Assembly: GCA_029953675.1 (NCBI GenBank)
Contig: JAMWBK010000008.1
Span: forward strand, 992,001-1,056,000
Direction of reading: 5' to 3'
DNA from: Rhodosorus marinus CCMP1338
Taxonomy: Eukaryota; Plantae; Rhodophyta
DNA: 64,000 bases
How positions within the stretch are numbered: the first letter of the stretch is position 1; each line of letters opens with the position of its first letter. Below the pieces are notes generated by a model. The model was not told where the DNA came from. It did no database searches and saw only the letters and a program-made list of their open reading frames with translations. A program made the translations under genes and the position numbers. This document shows positions 49,141-60,449 of the stretch, piece after piece.

Positions 49141-49979
49141 ATGGGTTTGCTTCCGAGGGATGAGGAGGCGGGAAACTTGGAACCGTTTTGTAGGATTTGT
49201 TTGGGTGGAGATGACGAGGATGACTGTGGTCATTTGATGACTCCGTGCAACTGTACTGGAAGCTGTGAGTTTGGCTTTCGAAAAGTATCTATGCTTGTTC
49301 TCGCGTTTTTCACTGATACAGGGCTGCCCCATGTTCGAGGTGTCATACCAAAACACCAGCGGCAGTTCTTTCAAAGACACTACCGAGTCCATATCTTGCG
49401 TTCTTCCCGAACCATTGCTTCTGTTCCAGTGTTGTCCTTGTTGAGTGTGTTTTTTTGTTGCGCTCTCGGCTTGCAATGGTCTGAAGAAAACTTGCTTGAA
49501 AATCGTTCTCTTTCAGTGAGACATGTTCACAAGAAGTGCTTTGAGACGTGGACGAAAAACTGCCCGCCGCTACCCGAATCTGGAACTCTTGTTGGAGCTA
49601 TTCTGGGGTTACTAGCGCATGCGGGCTATTATTGGTTATGTACTCGTATTAGATGTGAACTATGTGGTGCGTCAAAGCCTTCTGAACGCTGTGGAAAGGC
49701 TGTCCCTCCATTGTATCGTCCTTGCCCGCCCTATAAAGTTTACTTACGATACTTGTCTTATCAACAGGGTCGATGTATCGTGTAAAGAGAATACGCGTGC
49801 GATGGATTCTGAGATGGATGTTTTTGCTGTTAATATCTTGTGCATTCGTTGTCGGCCTTGGGAGAATGTCTAGCGAGGGCCCGCGATTTATTTGCTTCAA
49901 GGCCCAATATCAGTGGTGGTTATTTTGTTTGGATGCTTCTGAAGAGGTCCTCATTCACAGGAGCTCGTTGATTTCATGA
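49141..49979 (+). CDS. RING-CH / RINGv (MARCH-type) E3 ubiquitin ligase with a C-terminal TM segment
   Basis: CRICL...LMTPCNCTGS|LRHVHKKCFETW...CELC after removing intron 49265-49516; the last exon encodes WILRWMFLLLISCAFVVGL. Confidence 0.85.
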
Positions 49980-50220
49980 ATAGGAAGTCCGAAAGGAATT
50001 CAAGGCACATAGCAACGGGTATTTAGAAGGCGAAGTGCGCCTTTCTCGCTTTCGACCATGTCGTATCCCGAAACTTCTTGAACGTTTGTATGCACAGGGG
50101 ATGGAAACTTTCACTGTAACATCATATTATTATATTCGATTAAATGTGAGCCATTGTACCTTCGCGAATACTGCTTAAATGGTATGAAACAAATTCGTTT
50201 TCCAATACTAGTATAGGGCG

Positions 50221-50475
50221 ATGGAATCGCCGCTACGTGTCCTTGAAGATGAGAAATCCATGGCAGTCGCAATTGAACTATTTACAGATGCGGAGGAGTC
50301 GACCATAAGGTCGTCCAAACATGGAAAGCAAGAGCTTGACTTGAAGCAGTTAAGCAAACAACGCATGGGACGTCTGTCCACTGATGAGCGAAAAATTTAC
50401 TCTGCAGACGATACGATTGCTTATATCACAGAAACTTCATGCGAAGCGGGTCCTAATCTAGGCTGCACGGTCTGA
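50221..50475 (+). CDS. Possible small hypothetical ORF (84 aa)
   Basis: ATG-started ORF only; no motif recognised. Confidence 0.22.
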   Translation: MESPLRVLEDEKSMAVAIELFTDAEESTIRSSKHGKQELDLKQLSKQRMGRLSTDERKIYSADDTIAYITETSCEAGPNLGCTV

Positions 50476-50706
50476 TTGGCCGCAGGAAGCTTGGTGAGCT
50501 CGCTGAAGACCATTTCAGGGCTGTACCACTTGCTTTTGATTCTTAGCAACCCGACAACCGTGCACTCAAGACCAAGAGTCAACCTCAGAGATCAAAGCAC
50601 GCGCGATATGTACAAACTGGTCGGGTTACAACGGGGCTGAAGCTTTGGGAACCGGAAACCCCCGTCGTAAGACCTCAGACATATTGAAATAAACTAGATG
50701 CGGAAC

Positions 50707-52377
50707 TTAGAGACCAAAATCATCCTCCCAATCGCTGTCTTCCTCGGGCTCCTCCATTTCATCGAAGGGCACCTCGTACCTATTCAGTAAAACAAAAACC
50801 AACGCAAGAAGCCACAGCCTATCAGCTCCCAACCACTCGCTTTAGGTACCTGGCTGGTTTCCACAAGTAGGGCATACCGTAAGAGGCCACCAATACCTCC
50901 GAAGCCCCTAACGAACTGACTTCCTTCCTGGCTTCGATTCGTTACAAACTCCAGCTGAGTTCCAAAGCTCCTGTAGTTCTCCGCCAACCACTCTACATAA
51001 GGTTCGCTCTCCGTGACCTCAAGCTCTGCGCCGGATTCCGGATCGATATATTGGGCCTTGTCCAGAGCCTCCTCGGGTGACAAGATTTTCACTACCTCGT
51101 CCCCAGTCTGAGTATTCTTCAAAATTAGTCTGCACAAAGGAAAAAAGATAGCCACTGTGAACAAGGCTTGAACTCATCTGGGAACGCGAGTAATTGCCCT
51201 CAAACACACGAACCTGGGGTGTTCCAAGTTCTCATATATAATCAGCGTCTCGACGGCTCCCATTTCGAGCGCTCGCATGGTATCTTTCACACCAAAGCAG
51301 ATCTTCTCCGTTCCCTTCGAAATTTCATCAAAGTACCTGTTCATACAATGTGTAAGAAACCTTGAGCTACACAGAGGACCGCGAATCGCCTCTGCAAGAA
51401 ATCGCTCTCCTGCCATCCTGCTCACCGTTGAATCAGCTTTTTCTCTTTGATAAACTTCACGTTTCCTAGGGTCTCCGCGGAAAGATCGATTGCCTGATTG
51501 AATCCATTCTCGCCTCCGTAGGATACATCAACGATCTTGATCACTTTCTGACGAAGCCTCTGATCAAACATGTCTGAGTTGGACAGATCATTCTTGAAGT
51601 CTGCTGAACCAGCTAGAACAAGTCCCGTTACGTTCACCTGTGATTTCGGTTCGACAGTTCAAGTAAGAGTCACACTCTTGAGCGCGTGAGGAAAGTTGGC
51701 GGAAGAAGAAGAATTACCCTTTGACCATCGGCGATGAAGCAGTCTACAGCGGTCTCAGCAACCTTTCTAATAAAGTTATGGCGTTTTTCGAGACGTAGTC
51801 GCTGGAAACGCAGGGCTGACTGACCTCCTCTTCCGTGCTTTTTAGGCAAATCTACAGTAAATTTGCGAATCACTCGTCTCGTATTTCCCGCCAGATCACC
51901 AAACAAAGCCCCATTACCGTCCATAACAATAAATCCAAACTTCTCATCTGACTCCAAGAGCGACGACAAAGCTTCGGTATGGAATTTGTTGTCACACAGG
52001 TAAAGCGAAGTGTTGATGGGCTTGAAGGGCTCAATATCGAAAGTTACTTGCTTTTCCTTGTTGTCATTAGTAATGATGGTTCCGCAGTAAAGTACTAGTC
52101 CATTCTCAGGTACCTTCGAGTAAAGCTTTAGCCTTTGCTGAGTTGACGTGATAGCACTTAGGACCGATTGCCTGTTGACTCTTGACTTGATGTTCGACGC
52201 CGTTCCGTACTCGTCTGCAAGCAACTTACTCACTCGCGAAATCTGATCCCTTGGAGGAATAATCAGACTGATCATCGACGTCCCATTTCCCCTCGCTGCC
52301 TCAAGAGCCTTAATCAACTTCTTAATCCTAAAAACCTCAACGGCGTGATCAGCCTCAACATCCCCATTTTCCGCCAT
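50707..52377 (-). CDS. eRF1: Eukaryotic peptide chain release factor 1, about 5 exons
   Basis: [42 protein letters not shown] and [10 protein letters not shown]|Y...DWEDDFGL*. Confidence 0.98.
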
Positions 52378-53823
52378 CTCACCAATCACTAAGGAAACAG
52401 CACACTACTCAAAAACGAAAAGAAAGTAGCAACACAAGATCTCAACAAGCCCGCGCAGCACCTTTCCCCCTCCCCCCCCCCAAAAAAACCTTACGATAAT
52501 CTCTATAAAATTCAACTTCAAGCCTTTCTCAAGTATCCCTTCAGAAATCTAAACAATGGGAGCCAAATAAAAAACAAGAAAACACCAGGCTTTTATATCC
52601 ACAAAGTAACCAGTACTTTTTCCCATACAAGCTGTCTACTCCTCTATCCCAACCCTTCCTCTTTCTGGCCAAGCCAAACCTCCTTCCGTCAACACGGCCC
52701 GTTCACTTCGCGGCGTTGTAATCAGCACCTACCCCCATCCGAACACAACTTGAAAACTACAACGACGAATGTCTTAGTAGAGAGTGATTTCTCCTAACCC
52801 CTTTTAAATATTTTTAAGTTCATATTTAACACTCCACATAAACCTTTTATTTTATTTTTTTTCTATAAAATATGTTGCTTACCCCCCTTAGAACGGTATT
52901 CTATCATTGGATTGGGTAGTCAAGGGGGGGGGGAGGGAGTGAACAAAATTTTTTCTGTTGTGGTTGAAGATTGGATTTGAATAAGGGTTAGGTGGTAGGT
53001 GAGTGTTGCTGGGAAAGGACTACAGTCAAGCCATTTCGTTTTGAACGGATGTGTAGACGTTGGTGGATAGCACTACGGATCTGCTCCGTTGTCTACTCTC
53101 GTACCCCCCAAAATTATAGCTTTGTCAGACGCTCTGACTTCGGAATGTTTCTTCCAATGGGCGCCTTTCGGGGTATGAACTGCTTTTTCTGGATGCCTGG
53201 ATTGCCCAGGAGTTTATAGGCTTGATGATGTTTGGTCTGGACGTAGCAAGCGTGAGATTGGTTTTCAGGCTCATGGGGAATCGCTGAATGAAACCACGGT
53301 GAAAGAAGCTGGTAATCGCCCCTCGGAGACGCGCGTCCTCCTACATGGAGAACAGTCTCCAGACAAATTTTTGCTTGCTACAACTCGTTCAGGAGGAATC
53401 GCGAAAAGCTACACCCCGGCTAGATACGGGAACGGATCTTTGGGAACAGCTTGTGTCCACAGGGATCCAGGCTTTCTCAGAATCATTCAAGTCCTGTTCT
53501 GTAACCCGGCATCCTAAAATTCGAACGGGTTGAACAGGTTTCCATCTTCCCATGCATATCTTTCTAGGCATATGCTCCAGGACGAGATACAACCAAGTTA
53601 CTCAAGAAAAACGACCCGCATACTTGCCCGCAAGTCCCATACCCTCTCAAAAATGATCGAGCGATGCCAAGACTTTCTTTCCATTATCGTGGTTGTCGGT
53701 AATGCCAACTTGATCTTGTTAAGGCACCACTTGCGCGTGAACGGTCTTCGACACTCGATCGGTGAGAATCTTGCTTGAGGGTGAACTGAGTTGGATGGCT
53801 CTGTAGAGGTGAAGGTTGCTGAT

Positions 53824-54661
53824 ATGGCAGTAAGAGCGTTCGTGAGACGCGCGCATTCGAGCGTGAATAGCAGCGAAATATCTCAGTTTGCTTCCCAAGC
53901 TGAGCAATGGTGGGATTTGAAAGGTCCTGCCTCGATGCTGCACCGTATGAATCCAGTCAGAGTTGCTTTCGTTCGAAGCGCCCTTGAAGAATTAAGTAAA
54001 GAAGGAAATTTCCGTCGACCACTGAAGAATTTGAGAATTCTGGATGTGGGTTGTGGCGTTGGGATTCTTTCTGAACCACTCGCACGGCTCGGAGCTGAGG
54101 TTCACGGCTGCGATGCTTCTGAAGCTTCCATTGAGGTTGCGAAAAGTCATCAACCGGACGATTTACCAAATTTGAGGTACAGCACGGCGACCGTTGAACA
54201 GCTATCCGCGAGGAAAACCCAAAACTTCGATTGTGTGATATTATCCGAAGTAATCGAGCATGTGAACGAACCCGCAAATTTCTTGGCAAATTGCGCATCC
54301 CTGGTATCTTCAGATGGGCGGCTTGTTCTTTCCACTATCAATCGTACGGTATCCTCATTCCTCGCTACTAAGGTCGTAGCGGAGCACATGGTCAGACTTT
54401 TGCCAGTCGGGACACACGACTGGAGAAAGTACGCGAAACCTGAAGAAGTCGCTGGGCAGTTGTCCTTGTTGAATATGAATGTGGATGAGGTCGCTGGCAT
54501 AGAATTCAACCCTCTGACAAGGTACGAGACCAGAAGACCTGCACGTTGAGCTGTGACCTAACTGCTTGGGTTTTGTTTTTCGTAGACGATTTCAACTGTC
54601 AAGCAATCTAAGCGTCAACTACATTCTTAGCGCGTCCAAAGAAACGCCTGCAGACACCTGA
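53824..54661 (+). CDS. COQ3: Ubiquinone biosynthesis O-methyltransferase (COQ3/UbiG), 2 exons
   Basis: Short presequence, EISQF...WWDLKGP..MLHRMNPVR, ILDVGCGVGILSEPLARLGA, SEVIEHV, STINRT and GTHDW; last exon ...SVNYILSA. Confidence 0.93.
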
Positions 54662-55339
54662 CCGCTCGCTCGAGCGTGTATTGTAAATAGTTCTGCAATG
54701 AATCTGTATTATCCGAGAAATCTTCAACGATGTTCAAGACGGTCGTTGCTGTAGTCCGAGGACCATACTGAGCAGAAGCAGCGTATCTCTCACGGATATA
54801 ACTGCTCCCACGTAACCCAATCTGTCCCGCATGGCTGTATCAAACCCCGACCATGGGAAGTCCACCCGCAACCCTGGGGCAGGCTGTCCCGGGCAAGAAC
54901 CAGCAGCCGGCTGACCTCGGCACCCAATTGAGCCTCCTCACTGCCTTGGATGCCGAAAGACTAAGAGATAGAACTTACACTGCACAGCCATATCTATTGC
55001 ACAACACCGAGCTTCACCAAAGAACCCCGAGGACAAGCTGTCCCCAATCAAGTTTCGAACCTTGCTGACAAAACCGGACAGTAGGCACGTGGAGGGTACT
55101 CTTCTCCATTGGAGACGGAGGTAGATACTGCGCTCTCATCCTGTGCAAAGCATTAAGTGCTTTTTGAGAGTTCAGTTTGACTTTTGCTGGGCTTGTGGGA
55201 AGGATGATTGGTACTTGAATACTTCTTTTCGCGAGCCAGTCATAGAGTAGAGGTGGTGCTTCGGTAGGGAGGTGTTGAAGATACGTCTTTAAGGGGTTCC
55301 ATTCGATTCGTCCTACTGCTTGCAGTAAGCGACATAGAT

Positions 55340-56448
55340 ATGGGACGCGTCGTTTTTGTTATTTTATTGTGCCTGGTGGTTGGTTGTGTTGGTTACAGCC
55401 CAGTTCAGAGGTGGTTGGACGATGCGAAGCGGGATTTCAGAATTTTGAGCAGTCCCTTGAGTCTGAAGAGTTCGCTGTCAGCTCTCCATAGGCTCCGAGG
55501 ATTGGGTAAGGGTCAGTCAGCGAAGTTCGAACTTGATATAGAGCAGGAGGGAGTAGTGGTATCACGTCAAGAAAGTCTGCAGGATGGGGGCGACGGGGAC
55601 GAATGCCTGGGGACGCTGGACTCGGACGGAAACTGTGTATGTGGTAGGTTTCAACTCGGAGAGCGATGTTCAAGAAGCGCTCGGGGAAGGTGCAGGATTT
55701 ATGTGCTGGAACCCAGTCAGGAGAGTTCTTGTTCCGGAATCAGTGCGATAGTCAGCTACAACAGCTTTCTGGATGGTGATCCTCCGTGCACTTTCGTGAA
55801 ACCTACGGAAACGTTTAATTTTGTTTTCAAGCTGGATTGCTTCCTATTTGATCCTATCGTGAGGTTACCGAACGGTAAGCACTATTCCCTTCCCAAGGGC
55901 TCCGTCACTAGAAGACGGTATCCGGAGACCTTATCAGTACGTTCTTCCATTCCTGCTGTACCTCAGGTGCAATTGACGAGGAGAGTGGACGATTGAGCAC
56001 AACGTTCCCCATCGACGAGATGGATCTTCAGTATGAGTTCCGCGCTATTAACTGGAAGAAACCATTTTCAGATCAACGCTCCTTATCTGTTCGGAAACTT
56101 TCCTTTGGTGAAACGAACAACCAGACTGAGATCGCTGTCGCCAAGTCTTTGGACCTTCTCAACAGCTGGGACGATGGCTATTCCACCGGAGGCCGCTTCT
56201 ATTTTGAAGGCACGGTCAAGCACAATCAGGACGATGCACCTGTTTCCATGAGCCAAGTATGTGCTGGCTGCACAGCTCGAGTGTTTCTGGACGTCGAAGG
56301 GTACGAGTACGTACCGCAAAGTGAAGATGCGAACACTGTTACCACGGTTATCGTAGTGGTCGCCGTCGTCGGTATTCTGTTGATTGGTTTGATTGTCCTG
56401 GCTGTATTCTGGTTCAGAAGGTCACGAGTTGGAATCAAGCTCGACTGA
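55340..56448 (+). CDS. Type I membrane protein: signal peptide, EGF-like Cys cluster, C-terminal TM helix; 2 exons
   Basis: MGRVVFVILLCLVVGCVG signal peptide; CVCGRFQLGERC; a phase-1 intron (GTAAGC...CTCAG) joins the two track ORFs; TM VIVVVAVVGILLIGLIVLAVFWF followed by RR. Confidence 0.75.
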
Positions 56449-57937
56449 AGGAAGACCTGAATGATATTTGTCCAACTCTTTGTATATCTACCCGTACATA
56501 AATAACCCGTTCCCGGACGCTGGGATGACTGCTGGGCACGCGATTGCAACCTGTCCAAGCAGAGGACGTGTATTGGAAAGTTGCAAGGGGCCCATGGCTG
56601 GGATGAACCTATTTGCTGGCTTTGCGTACAGGACGTCTCGACTAGACCGTGCTGGACAGCACCGGACCGCGTCAGTTTCGAGATTGCGGTCGCTTGTTCA
56701 CTTTGCTGCGACGTTTCTGACCCTACTGCAAGGCGGTATTTACAGGGAGGTTTTGGTATTTCGCTGGCTCACGACTGCCACAGCTTGAGAGTTGCGTGTA
56801 CCACTTGACCCCTGGTCGCCATGTCCATGAGTTTTTACGAACGAGGTTAGCAGATCGCGGACATGATCTGAAAGCACCACTCATTAGACAAGATTTGGTA
56901 GTTGACTAGCCTAGTGCTCTTAAAAACCGCAGTACAGGCGCGGTTGCGTAGATGCTTTCAGCCCGCAAGCAAGTAGTCTTGATGTGTCCGAAGTAAGTTT
57001 CTAGTTTGCAAGACACACTTACCTATGAACACCTCTTCCAGATTTTGAAGCTGCTCGGTTGCAGTTATGACCACGAAAGACTGAACGTACGTTAGAATCA
57101 TCACCTACTCAGCTCGGATCCAAATAGCCAGTTGCAACCATGTGATCCTAGCATGGCAGCTGTCTAAACACACAACTACACAACCTTGGTGCTTCCCATC
57201 CCGAAAAACTCTACAGGAGAGAAAACTCTGGCTTCAAAAGCAGCTAGTTCGAAGAAATCGACTAGGCTCCGAATCTCACGCTGCTCAGTAACTTTGTGCG
57301 GACCTCTAGACTGCTTTCGAAATACTTTCCGTTCGTATGGACGATCGGATAGATTTATTCTCGATGGGCTAGTATCTACCAGACTAGACTGTCACCCCTT
57401 CTCGTACACATTCAGCGAGCTCAAGAGAATGTCATGCCAAACACCTTCGAGTGACTATGATAAGCTTATGAGCGACTCGACCTACTTGCTTAGCCTCTTC
57501 GGTTTTCACCATGCGCTCTGAACTGATGATCGAATAGATCGATGTAGATCTGCTTGTATTTAACGAACTCCCCCAACAAGACGCAGTAGAGGGACATTGT
57601 CAATACGAAGCGCTTGCTGTTATGAACTGGGCGATGTCAGAAGAGGTTGCGATGGTTGTGAGAAAGGAAAGAGGGTCGGAGGCGGGTACTTCTTTACTAA
57701 GCTTAATGGGTACCTTCTTTTGTATGGTGTGGGCAAGGTAGATAAATCATACTGACCTGTCCAATGAAGACAGTCAGGTTGGAGTTGTAAGCACATTCAG
57801 GAGCTAAGATCGGCATTGAGGAATGTGGAATCAGATGGTTGTGGAGGTGTGGGATCAGATGAGAGAATTTTTTTGGAATTGAAAGCAGGTTTCAGTTGTA
57901 ATCTGGCTCAGTAGAGCACAGGCGTTGGAACAGTCCG

Positions 57938-59062
57938 ATGAAGGTGCTCGACGGTGGTTTTTTTGGTCTGACATGTGTTGATGATGAGGCGGAGGTTGTT
58001 TTGAAAGGTGTTGGATTTGGGGGTTCAGACGGGGATGCGTTGCAGGAGAAGGTATTGAACTTGGTCAAGTTCGACGAGCACGAAAATCTGCTGAAGTATT
58101 TAGGTTGTAGGAGCGTCGAGGGAGAGATATGGCTGGTGAAGGAGAAGCAGGAACTATGGAGTACAAGCTTGTTGTCGACAAAACTCAGTGAGCCGGCGCT
58201 CGCGTCGGTTGCCAAGCAAGTTTTGGACGGTTTGGACTGGCTCCATGCGAATGGAATTACTCACGGAGACCTACATGCCAGCAACGTCTTGGTTGACATA
58301 AATGGTACCGTGAAGCTGACCGACTACGGAATCGCGGACGAGCTTCGGTCGGGAAAGAGCGAGGACTCTGTTAACGCTCATCCGCCTTGGTGGACTGCTC
58401 CAGAACTACTTGGGGCAGGCGTTGACGGTAAATCTTCAATCGCTGCAGATCTTTGGGCTCTTGGCGCGACCTTAATAGAACTTGCAGATGGCCAAGCCCC
58501 ATATTCGGACCATCATCCCGATCGACCGCGCCCAGAAAATCCTCAAACAGACGGCGCACCGGAGACGAAAGGCTGCCCACAGTTGAAAACTGCCCCGAAT
58601 TGGTCTACCTTTATGAACGAATTCATAGCTTGTTGCTCTGCCGAGCTTCCAAGCAATCGTTCGTCTCTCAAGAAGCTTCAAAATCACCGATTTCTGGAGC
58701 AAGCAAACGCTGAAGCGCTCGTGGCACGTCTACTTGAACTTGGAGAGTCTGCTAGATACCATCAGATCGAAATCGATCCATTCGATCAACTGGAAAAATT
58801 GTATAGAACCAACCAAACCCTGCGCATTCCGTTCGTTTCATTGGATTCGTTTGCTCCTGAAGTCTTCGCTCAGGAACTTACAGATGAGAGTCGGCTAGAT
58901 GACTCCTCTAGGGAGAGACCAGCGCTGAGTATGATACCGGCTCTAACATCTGCTTTTGAATACCACGAGGAAAAAGCATCGCTCATGCCGGATGCCAAGG
59001 ACCACTACGAGAGTAGGGCAGAAGAACTCAGCTCAGTGCTAAGAAACCTTTATCGTAACTGA
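57938..59062 (+). CDS. STE20/MAP4K (plant SIK1-like) protein kinase with atypical motifs
   Basis: Kinase subdomains HGDLHASN, KLTDYG, WTAPE and DLWALG; the C-terminal YRTNQTLRIPF...AFEYHEE...LSSVLRNL resembles the plant SIK1/MAP4K3 tail as I recall it; a 5' exon is possible. Confidence 0.85.
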   Translation: MKVLDGGFFGLTCVDDEAEVVLKGVGFGGSDGDALQEKVLNLVKFDEHENLLKYLGCRSVEGEIWLVKEKQELWSTSLLSTKLSEPALASVAKQVLDGLDWLHANGITHGDLHASNVLVDINGTVKLTDYGIADELRSGKSEDSVNAHPPWWTAPELLGAGVDGKSSIAADLWALGATLIELADGQAPYSDHHPDRPRPENPQTDGAPETKGCPQLKTAPNWSTFMNEFIACCSAELPSNRSSLKKLQNHRFLEQANAEALVARLLELGESARYHQIEIDPFDQLEKLYRTNQTLRIPFVSLDSFAPEVFAQELTDESRLDDSSRERPALSMIPALTSAFEYHEEKASLMPDAKDHYESRAEELSSVLRNLYRN

Positions 59063-59223
59063 AAATTTGCGAACGGAGGGTGTCTTGTTGTAACATAAAT
59101 CTTTTCCGTTTCGTTCTATTGTAAAGATATCATCAAAGCTCTGTTCTCAAAGCGTACAAATAATACAAACAATCAAGATTGCTCATGACCGAATCGTGCA
59201 CGGTCGAGCGTCGTGTCCAAAAA

Positions 59224-59391
59224 TTACTTTAGTTTGAGGCCAATTCTTTCCGCAGCGATTTCCCGAGCACTCTTCTTCCTCATCGAGTCATCTTCAATAT
59301 CCTTCACGCCTTTTATCGCCTTTCTAGCGCTCTCAATATCCTCCACATCCTCCTGCCTGATCTCAATCTTGGTTGGTTTTCTTCTTAGCAT
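59224..59391 (-). CDS. CDC26: Anaphase-promoting complex subunit CDC26 (APC12), 55 aa, not in the ORF track
   Basis: Manual translation MLRRKPTKIEIRQEDVEDIESARKAIKGVKDIEDDSMRKKSAREIAAERIGLKLK*; MLRRKPT-x-I/L-E and a C-terminal RIG are CDC26 hallmarks. Confidence 0.9.
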   Translation of the reverse strand: MLRRKPTKIEIRQEDVEDIESARKAIKGVKDIEDDSMRKKSAREIAAERIGLKLK

Positions 59392-60449
59392 CTCGCAAAC
59401 CTTCGGATATCCAAATAATGTTGGCCCCTCTTCTACCGTGCCAGGTCTCCTTTAAAACCAGCTTGAAGTTTTCTAGCTATTGTGAGGATTTCTCAAACCA
59501 TCCCAGCCACCGCCTCCATCTGTCCGCTAATAGTACTCCACCTACTGGAGTCCCACACGGTAAAACATATCATTGACCGGCAACCCAGCCGTCACACTCC
59601 CGCCCACGTCACATGCTCTTCTGGGTCGTCGGTGATGAGCAAGGAAAGAAACTTGAGGAGCCTTGGATCATAGGACTGCAGTCATGGTAGTGGAACGAAG
59701 CAGAACCATATGAAAATTTAGAAAGAGCCAGAAGGACCCGGAAGCTGAACGTTGAGCATCGGTTTTTCCAGGGTCTGGCCCGCGGTTGCTAACAATTGGA
59801 GATGAGTCTTTGAGTCACAGCTCGTATTCCTCACCAGGCCATTCAGTAACCACCGCACCCTTTTCGTTCATACTTCTCTCGAAGATAGAGTCGGGCTTGA
59901 TACTTGATCGAGGCCGGGCTGACTCGCGCTCACTGGAGGTGTGGCACCTGAAATTCTACGAGATGGATGCCGACCATCGACCGGGTCCGGAATCAACAGC
60001 CATCAGTTCTTTATGCTGTCATTCAATGCAGGTTTCTCATTTGCAATGGACCTATTCCTAAGGGTAACTATGCAGAGCCTCCGCAGACTTCCTCGTCTCA
60101 CGCTCCAACCATCCCTTCAAAATTCCGCCTCTATTATTGGAGAGTATAGTGAATTTGATTGGAAACTACTCTATAAAAGCCAATACATTTTACTTTTAGC
60201 GACTATTCGCTGCCCCATATAGCATTCATTGCACAAGGTAGAGCTCCTTAACACTAAAAATTAAATTTTGTTTGGTTTACTAAGGAATGCTAACCAATCA
60301 ATCTCCTCGCCGCAAGGGCAGTGGAATAGGATAGTATTGCGTTATGGATAGCACTAATCTCTTGCGTGACCGAGCTACGTCTCCACGAACCGAGAGGGTG
60401 CATGCGTGACTAGGCTTAGATTATTCTTTCTCGCATGTAAGAATAACAA

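Noticed and set aside
50707-52377. Possible non-standard genetic code signalled by eRF1
   Set aside because: GTS, TASNIKS, YxCxxxF and GGQ are canonical, and the conserved genes translate with the standard code once introns are removed.
52992-53778. Additional plus-strand gene upstream of COQ3 (similar unresolved segments at 10700-11340, 31400-32330, 47150-47900, 56500-57150 and 61930-62400)
   Set aside because: Splice-like signals are present, but frames are ambiguous and no domains were recognised; needs RNA-seq.
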